DNA of 45,468 nucleotides, taken from assembly GCF_037042905.1 (NCBI RefSeq), contig NC_087257.1:24012533-24058000 (forward strand). The letters are read 5' to 3'. Every line of letters starts with the position of its first letter. The first letter of the stretch is position 1. The position numbers were made by a program, and so were the translations under genes. Shown piece by piece: positions 22,670 through 34,900 of this stretch. This DNA is from Lytechinus pictus (lineage: Eukaryota). The notes beneath the pieces were generated by a model, which searched no databases, was not told the origin of the DNA, and saw nothing but the letters and a program-made list of their open reading frames with translations.

Positions 22670-24910
22670 ATGGACCGGTTCGCAAGTCTCCTGGGCATCA
22701 TTGTGACCGTCTTCGTACTCGTACCGGTACAAGGCCACATATCATTCCAGTACTGCAGGCCGAAGTGCCCAGAGTGTCCACAGGCGGGTCTTATCCCCTT
22801 GGAGGATTGGCAACTGAGAGAGATCCAGAATGCCCAGAAGAGGGTCGCCGCTCTCAAGACCAACCGCAGCATGACTTATAGCAACACCAGGCCTATCGTT
22901 TCAGGCTTTACAACCAGTCAGGTAGGGAGTGCAATGATGCCCTTTCATAAATGCGGTCATCTGTACCGCGGTATTATTTGCCGGTTACTATACGGGTATC
23001 AGGATCTATGAATATTAACCTACCCTTTTTCCCAAACTGCTATAAAATTATCAAGGGCTCGATCTGCACGTTCAATATAAGATATCAAGAAAACGTTGCC
23101 ATGCCTCTGTCCACCGCTTGCCAACGAAGTTGTTTCACCCACATTTTACTTCGAAATAAATTAATATCATCCACTTTTATACACTAAAATGCTTCTAGGT
23201 TACCCTTACATGCATGAATTAAACTCACCCGTTATGCTTTTTTACGAGGTTAAAAAAAACTTCTGGAGTGCGAAAATACAGATTTGCAGATAATACTTGT
23301 ATTTTTTATGTTATATTTATATGTAATTTTCATATTTGATTATTTTCTAACAGAAGGAACGATTGAGGGAATTATTCGGCCAATACTTCAGCACAGACAA
23401 AACATCAGCTGACGAAGACTTCATGTTGTTTGACGAAACTAACCCAAGTAGTCGACGGCGAAAGCGCGACCCCGATGATCACCTGACTCGGGTCTGTCCG
23501 GTTATCCGAACTCCGAATGTTCTTGTGACAGTCTATGATGCGGATGGCAACGTCTTACAAGTGATTCAGGTGAGCTTTCAGATTTCAGTTTTCCATACAA
23601 TAATGCAAATTGAAAGGAAACAATATGTAAATATCATAGTTGATATAGTTTGAAGTTTATGTAGAATATCTTCCTAAAACATTTCAATAAATTAAAATAA
23701 CAGTTTACTAAAAAATGTTTAGGCATAGCCATATAACAGTTAATAAAGCCTTTTCTCTGTATTTGTTTTTCATCATAAGCATAGTTTGGTAGTAGGGTCG
23801 TCGATCAATGTTTTGGATGGGGGGTGAAAAAGAAAAATTCCGTAATTGTCAGTGCGCTCTGCGCACAAAATTATCATAGGCCCTACCGAACTTTTCGCCG
23901 TCAAGTTAACACTTGCGTTTATGTCATGTTAAATTATTGCATATATATTTCCACTGCATTTTAAGATATATATTAGCATATATTACATAGGTTATATAGA
24001 TTCGAATCAGTGATAGGTCAATACGTCATCACGTGACCATAGCTGCGAGGATCGCATTTGTTATATTCTAGGTTTTGACGTCACCTCAGGGAATATACTG
24101 CGTTGTATTGTCAATTGCGGCGTTATATTCACTAAGGTGACGTCACTCGCTGCATACAAGTTGCGTAACAAGGCAGTTTATCTGATGTACGCGCTAATGT
24201 TAACGCGTCGATTGCATGAAGAACGCGCTTGATGTATTTAAAAAAAAATATATATTATGACGTAGATGGATCAGAGCTGTAGCAAGAATTTCGGGTTTGA
24301 GCCAGATGATGAATGCGATTTCTGATGGCGAATCCACATAGACTATATAATATAACAGATATTGCCTAGCCTATCGTTGTAATAAATAACATTTCATCTC
24401 CCCTCCGAAGCTATATTTTTCCCTCGGGATAATATTTTCCCTCAGCGCTGCGCGCTTCGGGCAAAACATAATCCCTTGGGAAAAATATAACTCCGTCGGG
24501 GAGAGGAAATGTTATATTCAAACTCTAGGTAGGCAATATCTGTATAATATAGGCCTATTCGTGTCAGTTTTGGTAATGCTATACCGTCAGACAAGACATG
24601 ATTTCTCGACATAGAGATGTATACTAATACATCTCTATGTTACTCGATGATTTTTTTTATATAGTCTCCGTTAATAGAAAAACATCTTATTTTTCTTGAT
24701 GTATCTCAGGCCGACGGTCATACACAACCGGTGTTCCGTGACAGATGTGCAAGCCCTCTCTCACCGCATGTAATCTCAGCTTCATGTATGCCGACTGTAC
24801 GGTTTGCTTACATGATTGGCTTCCATGTCGATATGAACAACCAGCCAACGCATATCCAAGCTTATCGTATTCAGATCGAGTCCTGTACCTCGATCATGTC
24901 AACGGGATGA
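22670..24910 (+). CDS. Secreted precursor, 222 aa, with neurotrophin/Spaetzle-like C-terminal domain
   Basis: Exons 22670-22921, 23354-23569, 24710-24910, both introns phase 0 and GT-AG. Signal peptide MDRFASLLGIIVTVFVLVPVQG, then CRPKCPEC, furin-type site RRRKR, and a 100-aa mature region with 4 Cys. AATAAA at ~25120 and ~25144. The gene model is firm; the family assignment is by eye. Confidence 0.78.
24351..24549. mobile_element. Palindromic MITE in intron 2 of the secreted-protein gene
   Basis: ACAGATATTGCCTA...TAGGCAATATCTGT with extended imperfect arms around a GCGCTGCGCGC centre. Confidence 0.7.
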
Positions 24911-24924
24911 CCAAGGTTTACATA

Positions 24925-25090
24925 CACTGTAAAAAATGAAGTGCGAATTTAGCACTTACAGTGCTTGTATAGTGACTGCACTACGAGTGCTGATTTTTTA
25001 GTTCAAATTTAAACTAGAATATCAGCACTCGTAGTGCAGTCACTATACAAGCACTGTAAGTGCTAAAATAGCACTTCATTTTTTACAGTG
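24925..25090. mobile_element. 166-bp near-perfect palindromic MITE with TA flanks (Tc1/mariner-type TSD)
   Basis: TA-CACTGTAAAAAATGAAGTGC...GCACTTCATTTTTTACAGTG-TA; the arms pair over ~80 bp. Confidence 0.85.
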
Positions 25091-25421
25091 TAAGAAATAT
25101 GGACCAGACACAAAATATGAATAAAGTCCGACAGGCAGTGAAAAATAAACAATTAACATATTTATTTATTTATTTATCAATTAATTAATCAATTTATTTA
25201 TCTATCTATGTATTAAATTATTCATTTATCAAGACCTACATTATTTCGCTAGGGTCAGGATCACTTTCATCGTGGTCTTGATATTGCNNNNNNNNNNNNN
25301 NNNNNNNNNNNNNNNNNNNNNNNNNNNNNNNNNNNNNNNNNNNNNNNNNNNNNNNNNNNNNNNNNNNNNNNNNNNNNNNNNNNNNNNNNNNNNNNNNNNN
25401 NNNNNNNNNNNNNNNNNNNNN

Positions 25422-25432
25422 GAAAAAAGACA

Positions 25433-25464
<32 letters not shown>

Positions 25465-25575
25465 AAGAAAAAAGGGAGAGGAAATGAAAGAAAGAGAAAA
25501 ATGAGGAAAGATTATTAAAACAAGAAAAGAAAATAAAGAAAGTAAACAAACAAGAAAGAAAAAACACAGAAAAAC
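25422..25575. repeat. GAAA-type low-complexity tract next to gap 25288-25421
   Basis: Visible directly. Confidence 0.9.
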
Positions 25576-25633
25576 ACTCCAGAGGAGGTGTTTAATGCTG
25601 CAAAAACTGACCAAATAGTCGCAGTCGATTCAG

Positions 25634-25790
25634 GGGAGCGTTTCATGAAAGGACTTGTCGGACGTTTTATCCGACAAGTCCTATTTTATCCGACAGTTAC
25701 CATAGTAACAGTACCTCTCAGCCAATCAACATCAGAGAAAGATGTCAGATCTGACAACTTGTCGGATGAAAATGTTGATGAAACACTCCC
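25634..25790. mobile_element. Harbinger-like MITE
   Basis: TIR GGGAGCGTTTCAT/ATGAAACACTCCC with CAG TSD; core GACAGTTACCATAGTAACAG shared with ~6690-6930 and ~40450-40590. Confidence 0.75.
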
Positions 25791-26469
25791 CAGGAAGGCA
25801 GAACAGGCCATGTAACCCACTCCCTGGAATCACGGATTTTTGTTGTTCTTGTTGTCTTATATATAGATGTATATTTTTCATCAATGATGATTCATTTTGT
25901 ATTTAATTTTACTCTCAAAAACTGTTCCTTGTCATGATTACTTCCCTCTCTTGTGAAGTATCATTCGGCATGTTTTTTATCTACTTGCGTGAAATGTGGG
26001 ATACCTATTCTTAATTAGTTATGCTTAATAGTATTGTTAGGGTAGTCGTTGTTACTGCTATATGTTTTTGTCTCTTTTTTAAAAGACCTATTATGTATAT
26101 TGTAGACGTTATTAGACATCGTTAATGTGATTTTAATTTATACAATTGTGCGGACATCAGGGGCCCGTCTTACAAAGAGTGTCGATTGATCCAATCAAAC
26201 ACAATTATGGAAAGCCAGCAACGTCAACATCTAAAATGCATGGGTTCAAATTTATTTTTTTAGATATCATGTATATACCTAAATTCATCGTTTTCTTGAA
26301 AGTTTGGTGTACTTCTCTTTGTTGTACAAAGGACATTGAGCAAATTTCCTGGAGAAAAACTATGACATGGATGGATTTCCATAATTGCATTGACGCCCAA
26401 TGGCGACAATGCATTGTTCTTGTTCCGTATTCCTATTCCGTCGTCTTCTTCTTCTTCTTCTTCCACCAA

Positions 26470-27952
26470 ATCCCATTTGTTTAACACATGGTTTTTGTTA
26501 GCTCTACCCTGGCTCCGTCCCTCATCCAAATTCATCCAAACTTGGTAGACATGTTGTCCAGCATCCCTAGTTGTGCACCTCGTCTTCCATTTTCCAAAAT
26601 CACTCATGCATGACCATCCAGGCGCCATTTTGTAAATTTCAAGTCCATTTGCATACCATTACTAATATCGTCCTAACTCCCGCATCCTGCATGTTACAGA
26701 CTTCTAACAAATTGCTATAGATAGTCAAAGAGTTGCTCCATCATTTGCGACGTATAACCTGACCTTCAAAATGCCATCTTCATGCCCTAAATTCAAATCC
26801 GAAATAGCCTTCCTTCAAAAACTTCATATTTATTGAAACGTAAAGTCAAATAATCGTAAAATGGCCATAACTTTTTTCTTTTTATTCAATTCGAGTTGAT
26901 ATTTTCAGGAATTGATACTGGCAACATATCATACATACGACTTAGTTTTCACGCATCATCGACCTTCCGGCATTTAAATAGCGCCCTCTAAAGTTTCAAA
27001 AACGCTTATCTTTGAATGCTCCTCATTGCGTCATGCATGGCCAAACCCGTACCCTTTTTTAGATTTAGGGTGTTCAAGATATGCCCATTCATGCCATTTA
27101 GAAAAATATATACCTTACAGCTGACGAAATATCTGAAAAATGCTCCCGAAAATCAGCAAAATACGCAAAAATGCACTATAATGCCAGCACAACTTCAACT
27201 TGCTCTTATTTCCTTATTATTGAAGCTTATCCTTTCTTACTTGGCAGATATGAGTATTGATATATACTTTAACCGTTCGTCAACCTTTTGTGACAGAAAC
27301 TGACATAGAGCTCACGTCAGCTTAAAATTATTGTGCAAAACTGTCATTTTTAATGTCTTTCTTTATATGGCATTTACTTCCGGTCTATTGCTTGCGCAAA
27401 AATAAAAGTGGTATCAATGTCACCGCATTGGAATGCCCTATCCAGTGATACCAAATACGACATAGGTTACAACAGAAAATTTCAAGATAAGCCAATCTGA
27501 ACACATGGTTTACTACTCACAGTGCACACATTATCAACAACAGAATTGTACACAATGTCTATGGCATAACGTATTATGCATGCACATCGTTCTGCTATGT
27601 ACTTTACACTGAGTTACGTTAATGAACTGTCAGGGAAATGTGTATGCGTATTCATATTACTCTCTGTGTCTTTCTCTCCCTTCTCTCTCTTTTTTTTGAG
27701 CGGCCATATGGTCTAAAAATGGCCCAATGGACGAAATCCTTTTGACTTGAGAATGTAACTTCCTATGGAGGGCAAAATGTACCAAAATCCACTTTGATTA
27801 ACATGTAATTTTTGTTAGTCTTCCCCTGCCTCCGCTCCTCATCCAAATTCATTCCGATTTGGTAGACATGTTGTCCATGATGCATTATTGTGTACCTCTT
27901 ACTAGTATTTCATTTTCTAAAATCATTCATGCATGACAGTGCATGCACCATT
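26470..27952 (+). repeat. Two diverged ~160-bp direct repeats (~26470-26630 and ~27783-27952) of an interspersed repeat family
   Basis: Shared TTTTTGTTAG...CTCATCCAAATTCAT...TTGGTAGACATGTTGTCCA...TCATGCATGAC...CCATTTTG. Confidence 0.65.
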
Positions 27953-30006
27953 TTGAGTGAGTGACATCATCATCTCTCTCATTTGGATGTAACTGGCTCG
28001 TTCATATAACTCTTTTGTTAAAAATAAGTGAAACTTTGAAATGTCATAACTTTCTTTTTTTACATCCGATTTTGATGAAATTTTCAGCATTGTGCTTGTC
28101 TGATTTTTCCCTATTGATCCAAATCAAAATTTCTATGAGGTGGACTTGACCTCTAAATCAGACACGTCAATGCATGCACATCGTAATGAAACGATTGCAG
28201 TTCTAGTTATAGTTGAGGTTGTTTGGATCAATAGTCCCGACCTTTCGTTGGAGAACGCGAACGCTTATTTACGACGTTAGTTGATTTTGGAAGAGACTTT
28301 TGAGCCCGTCGTCATGGTCGTAAAACTCTGTCCTGCAATGCAAATTGTGTGACATGAGATTTTTTTTCGTTTCGCATCTGCAACGGAAACATTCATTATG
28401 CGTTTCGTGTGCAAAATTCTGGTTGCTACTATGGTAACAGCGATATATCCGATCTAGGACGACTTTCCAAAGCCACATTTGGTTCCTCCCAGAGCTCGAG
28501 AGGCCGCCCGGGGGGCCCACTTCCATTGATCGAAGAGTGGATACCAGGCGCGACCACACGTAAAAAGGGAAAGAGTGGGCAAGTACGTTACGTATAGGCC
28601 TATGTAACGTTATAAGGGTGTCAAAAACCATGTTTAAAATACTGAAAAGGAGGATATGTTTTCAATACTTCGTAGGGTTTCACAAGCTAAATACTTGTTA
28701 AGAGATGCATTTTCATAATCTGGAAAAGCCTTGCTTACCTTGTTTAGGGTGCTTTTCGAAACCGCATGGTCGTGCCTGGTATCCACTCATCAATGGAAGT
28801 GGTCCCCCCGGGAATTCGAATCTATAATCCCCATTTCTGGGGGAAATAAAACATAATGCCCATTACATTGTGTGCTAGAGGCATATCGTTTGTGTAGGAG
28901 TAAACAAAAGAAAAAACGTCAGACGTATACATGATGTGTACATAATCAACGCATGCGAAATGGTTTCGGCTGGAGAGGTGATTTGACCCATGGAATCAAT
29001 TGCCAGAGATCCACCAATAATCCACATTAAATGCAATATCGATTCGATGGACTGTAATGATCTATATCTAAGCCTTAATTCAGTAAATTTTTCCTCACTC
29101 AATATGTAGTCGATTTGTTTGAAAAACCACTTTCTTATCCATGTCATAATCTATTGTAGGTCCTGCATTTCGAATATCTCCAGCCATCCGTCGTAATGTA
29201 CATGCATGTATGGTGCGGATTCTAAGTTTGATTTTATTGACTATAATGTACAATCAATCTTAAAAATCAAGTGTATGATTAAGCGTTAACTTTTGTGTAA
29301 GGGGACCCTAATATTAGCGTCCGTGAGGATTGCGAAAGGTGGCTAGTAACACTTTGTAAGACGGGCCCTAAAGCCCCTGAAGTGTTATCTTAAAGATCAC
29401 TGTTTCTGGCAATGTATTATGAAAACAAACTAATTGAAATGATTTCATGGGGGCTGCAGTTGAAATATTGAGTCGCGTATCTTACTATTCTAGTCACAAA
29501 TGACTGTCTTCGAATCAATTGTGACTAGAATTAGTAAAGCTGTTATTGAAATATTCGCGCCCAGCTAACATGGCTAGTGTAAGAACATGGTGGAGTGGGG
29601 TTTCAACTGACGCACTTTCTTATGTTAGTCAACCAAGATGACTCTCCATAGGAGTTTACAAATAAAGATAAATATATATTTGAATAACCATACAATTGCA
29701 GTCAGTGAAAACGTGATATTAACAGTAACTTCATCTTAAGATTGGATCAGGGTCTGCGAAACAGTGGGGGCTCCACTTTTTTTAAATATTAAACGGTGTA
29801 CAAAAACGTTAAAATATTTATCAGAGATTGGGTGGTCCTTTTCAGGACCAACACTTGCCCAGGAAAGATACATGGTGTACCGTGTAACCTACTACACTAA
29901 AATTCAACTAGTTGTGATTTTTTTTTGCATGGTCAGCCCCCACTTTTGGCTGACCCCCCCCCCACACACACACTTTCAAAACCCTTCTACGGCCCACATA
30001 GAATGG

Positions 30007-30168
30007 TAGTCTGCAAACACATGCTCATATTTGATATTTTAACTAAACCATGTCTAGAGTGAAGACTAGACTCCAAAGTCTCTCTGTGTGAATCTAGTCT
30101 CACTACTTTAGACTACATTATGCACTATATGCGAAAATGCGAAAACCAAGGGTCTGTGCCTGCAGACT
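30007..30168. mobile_element. Small TIR element
   Basis: TAGTCTGCA...TGCAGACTA termini with an internal AGACTAGA/TCTAGTCT inverted pair. Confidence 0.5.
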
Positions 30169-31991
30169 ACTAGTATATACCATAGAAAGGCTTCAAAGTT
30201 TACGTTTAAAAACTTCGTATAAAGCGTTGATGTGTTGTTGTTTTTATTATAGGAGGAAGAATTCACATGAATGTCCCTATCATTCTACTTCGTCGTACAA
30301 ACTGTGCTAGCGGAACATTTAATGTATTTGGGAAGATTTCTGTAAAATCTGTTTTTGGAGTATAAAAAAAAATCTCATTTCAATCAGATCACTGATAGGT
30401 TGGAAATTAAAAAACAAAGCATTAACGATCTTCTCTGTCATTTTTTGCGAGACAATGCGACAGATTTTAGGTTTTATTACACCGAGAGTGCATTGCAAAG
30501 GCCATCAAATTATGGCGCCATTTCTATCATGGCTATAGGGATCTAAACGTGTTTTTAAAAATGTGCCTTGATAACGATGTCAAAAAATCCTAACAAATAA
30601 ATCTTAATTAGGCCCACTTTTTTTCAAAAAGGAACAAATGAAAGAGCAATTAACCAGAATTGGACACTGATTTTCAAGGATTAATGCAGAATCGATTTAA
30701 TCTCATATACAGACCTGAAAGTGCATGAGGGATGACGTTAACAATTGCTCCCAAGTTTGCCATTGGTTTCCCCATCATTATGGCGGTAGAACTACTTAAA
30801 TCAAATGGATGGAATAAGGGCTTTTGTTATGAATGATTGACAGACGGAGGTGACATAACGGTATGGGGAGTGGTAGTGGAGACGAATGAAAGTGACGTCA
30901 TATTATTCTCAATTGAACCTTGTTAGAGTTACAAATTTACCTCTCCCTTTCAGTATCTGTTTCCTTCTCTTTTTTTCCCGTACTCTTTCTTAATTTTTGT
31001 CCCCTGCCCCCCCCCACTTTTGGCACCGGCCTTGTTGACAGACAAACGCGTTTGAAAAGATTAATGGCCAGATTCTTGCCTAAAGTCATCTCAATAGCGG
31101 TTCCTTTAACAACAAAAGAAAGAACCACCACCACTCAAATTACAAATTTCTTCAATGAAACCACTGACGCATATATACAACCCAAAATGACAAAGAAGAT
31201 GGCTCTTTCGGTTTATGAATATTCATTGGATCTCCAAAACCCTCTTTCGAGGGGATCAATACTTTTTATTGTGTACGATTTTGAAATGGGGTTACTATAC
31301 ATGTCATTCGCGTGGTTACGGACAAGGCCGACTTAGACATGTTAGATGAAGGTAAACAGGAAAGATATTCCTTCGAATAGTTCTCTTCAGCAATATCAGA
31401 CTGGAATTGGAAGGGGTTTGCTTCAGCAAGAGGAAGTTAACTTCTAGAAGCAGACTTCAAGAACAGCATTACAGTATAAATGTCAACGGAATCAGATCTA
31501 ATCTAGATCACTTCAAAAAGTAGGTAAACAGAATTTTGTCAGCGACAGAATCGTTCAACTTATTGTGACATCTGCCAGAACCTTGGTAGAATGGACCAGG
31601 AAATCATGGGGAAGAAATAAGTGCCAGTGGATTGTGAGGGGGACTCTCTCTGGACTATGCTATAGGTGAATCGAGATTGTGGCCTACGGTAACGCCTCAA
31701 GAATATCCAGCAGGACAGAACTTGGATGTCACAGAAGGAAAATATGATGTAATAAATATAAGCTGAGATACATATTTAGTTCAGATCAATGAAGAGGACG
31801 AATCTCACAGGAATTGCCTTTACTGTAAACATATTAGGAAATTTAAAGCAGAATTGAGGAAGATGAGGAATAGGAAAGGAAATATCATTGTTAGACATCG
31901 TCACATCAGGCATACTCACCAAGGTTAGAGACGATCAGGATGCAGTAAAATTACCGATGTGGACATTTTTTGTTGATGAGTGACTAGAAAC

Positions 31992-34900
31992 ATGGGATCA
32001 AAGGGATCAAAGATAGCTTCATCTCCGAAGCCAAAGGGTGAAGAAGAAGAGGAGGTAAGTTCCAGTGGTGCCAGCAACATCAACACCAGGAGGCGCAAGA
32101 AGGACCGTCATGGAGAAGCATCCTCCAGATCTCCGAAGTCGAACCGCAAGAAACACAAGCGGAAGATCACTCTGAACCCTCTGTCCTACCACAGCCATAG
32201 TGTCTTCAGTTCGATGGAAATCGACAAAACACTCCGGAAAAGTTCGGTGGACGTCAGGAACAAGCTGACGGACTCGATGAAGTCGATCAGATCGGACGCG
32301 TCGGTCTCGGACGCCTCGTGGTACACGGACAACAGTTCCGTGGAACTCATTGACCATGAAGTCTTCGAGTACCCATTTGAGAACTTGATCTTCGAAGGCG
32401 GAGGAAACAAGGGTTTGGCGTATGCTGGTGCTATCCGGGTGAGTTGTCATACAGATGTTGACATTGCTTTACCGGAATTTAATTTGGGTGACATCAATGA
32501 ACCTAACAGACATTTGCTCTATAAATTGCCCCTAAACATGTTTCTGCTATTTCTTCTTCTTGTTTGGTTTTCCATTGAATAAATTTATAGTAGTCTTTGA
32601 GTAAAACACCGTCAGTTAAAATTGTCTCAATGTATCAAACTGTCCGTTCATTATGTAGGGATCGTGCTCAGGCTCCCGATCCACCCCGCCTATAGATTAA
32701 ATATTTCGAAATGAAGGGCGGATAACAAGTAGGCCTAATGCCAGGAAGATGCCATTTGATTAAATCTTGTCATGGAATTGTAATTTAGTCCGTAGCCAGG
32801 CGAATGATATGTACATTGAAAATGTTCCTTTGACTTTTGTTTATACCTGCACAAAATGGAGATAAAGTTGAAATGAATGAGAAAATAAAATATGATTTAA
32901 GTCGTTCATCATGTGAATTAGAACCTAACGACTTGCGTCACCCCCCCCCCCCCCCCCCCCATCCGGCCTCATGAAATAGAAGGTTTTCTAGTTAGGCATT
33001 TGGAAATAATTTGTACACAAAACTTCAGTTCTATTTTCACATCGTCTTCATATGTGATTGAAGATGAATAATCGTAATGAGTCATCTCTAGGACCCCTTT
33101 AATATTATATTCACGATAACTAATCCATCTAATGGTACCCTTAATGGAATTCTTGTTCTTTGATTTACTGTTGAACATTGCAACCATGGTAATCACCATT
33201 AGATAGAAAAAGCTACCATAATAGTAACTTTATGCAACCGGGACCAGAACCCCTGAAAAATAATGAATAATCTCGGCATGACTGATTAGCATATAAATGT
33301 TCCGGGATAATCTGGAATTCGATCGATTTTTACAAAGGTCAATTGCAACGTCCGTTTTAATAGGATGCGCTTAAAATCGATAACCATTGTTTTCATGCAT
33401 TCAAGAAACGGTTTTAGTGTATTATTGATTTTCTTTGCAATAATAAATAGGTGTTCAGTTTTACGTTGATTTCTCTTCACGACGAGATCGTCAAGTTTAC
33501 ATTTTCCCTCGCCTGACCGAATAAATGTTGTAAACATTTTTAACAATTGGCAAAAAAAGTTAGTTTCGGTTATTTTTTGTTTAATTAAGTTGTTTGTCAA
33601 TATCATAAAATCTTTATTTAATTATTCATTTTATTCATCTGTTTATTTATTTATTAACAATATTTCAACAGGATGCCGAATCAACATAAAATTGCTCTCC
33701 CTTGGGTTCCTGCATAATTATTATAAAAACAATCAAAATATATTCTATAATACACAGTAAAATTAACATGAACAAATATACATACATACTATGATAGAAC
33801 ATAATATTATCAACATCTAAATCATTGTCATCAAGCTTCGTCAACGACACGTCATCATCGCTATCATATCACAGCAGCATATTACATAATCTTAAAGGAC
33901 AAGTCCATCCCAACAAAAAGTTCAAAGGAATAAAAAGATAAAAATCCAACGAGCATAACAATGAAAAATTCATCAAAATCGGATGTAAAATAAGAAAGTT
34001 ATGACATTTTAAAGTTTCGCTTGATAAAAAAACAGTTATATGCACATCCCGGTCGGTATGCATATGAGCAGACCGATGACGTCATTCACTTACTATTTCT
34101 TTTGTATTTTATTATATGAAATATGAAATATTATAATTTTCTCATTGTCAAGTGAAACAAAGATTAATTATTCCATGTACATGTGGAAATAGTATTACTT
34201 TATTTGGTTCAGTCAAGTTGGTCCTTACTGTCAAATCTGTAAAAAATGAAATATTGTATAATTCAAACAATGCAAAACAACAGAAATAGTGAGTGAGGGA
34301 CATCATCGTCTGTCTCATTTGCATGTCACTGAGTTGTGCATATCACTGTTTTGTGAAAAATAAGCGAAACTTTAAAATGTCATAACTCTTATTTTACATC
34401 CGATTTTGATGAAATTTTCAGCATTATGCTAGTTTGATTTTCTCTATTTATTCAAATCAACATTTTTCTGGGGTGGACTTGACCTTTAAGCACCACCATC
34501 GACATTATCACCGCCATCACCACCATCATCATCATCATTATCATCAACATCATCATCNNNNNNNNNNNNNNNNNNNNNNNNNNNNNNNNNNNNNNNNNNN
34601 NNNNNNNNNNNNNNNNNNNNNNNNNNNNNNNNNNNNNNNNNNNNNNNNNNNNNNNNNNNNNNNNNNNNNNNNNNNNNNNNNNNNNNNNNNNNNNNNNNNN
34701 NNNNNNNNNNNNNNNNNNNNNNNNNNNNNNNNNNNNNNNNNNNNNNNNNNNNNNNNNNNNNNNNNNNNNNNNNNNNNNCACCATCACCATAATCATCATC
34801 ATTATCATTATCATCATCATCACCATCGACATCATCATCATCACCACCACCACCACCACCACCATCATCACCACCACCAACATCATCCTTACCTTTTTTC

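Noticed and set aside
28269-31336. Scattered 60-140 aa ORFs upstream of patatin copy B
   Set aside because: No recognisable motifs or consistent splice structure; expected by chance.
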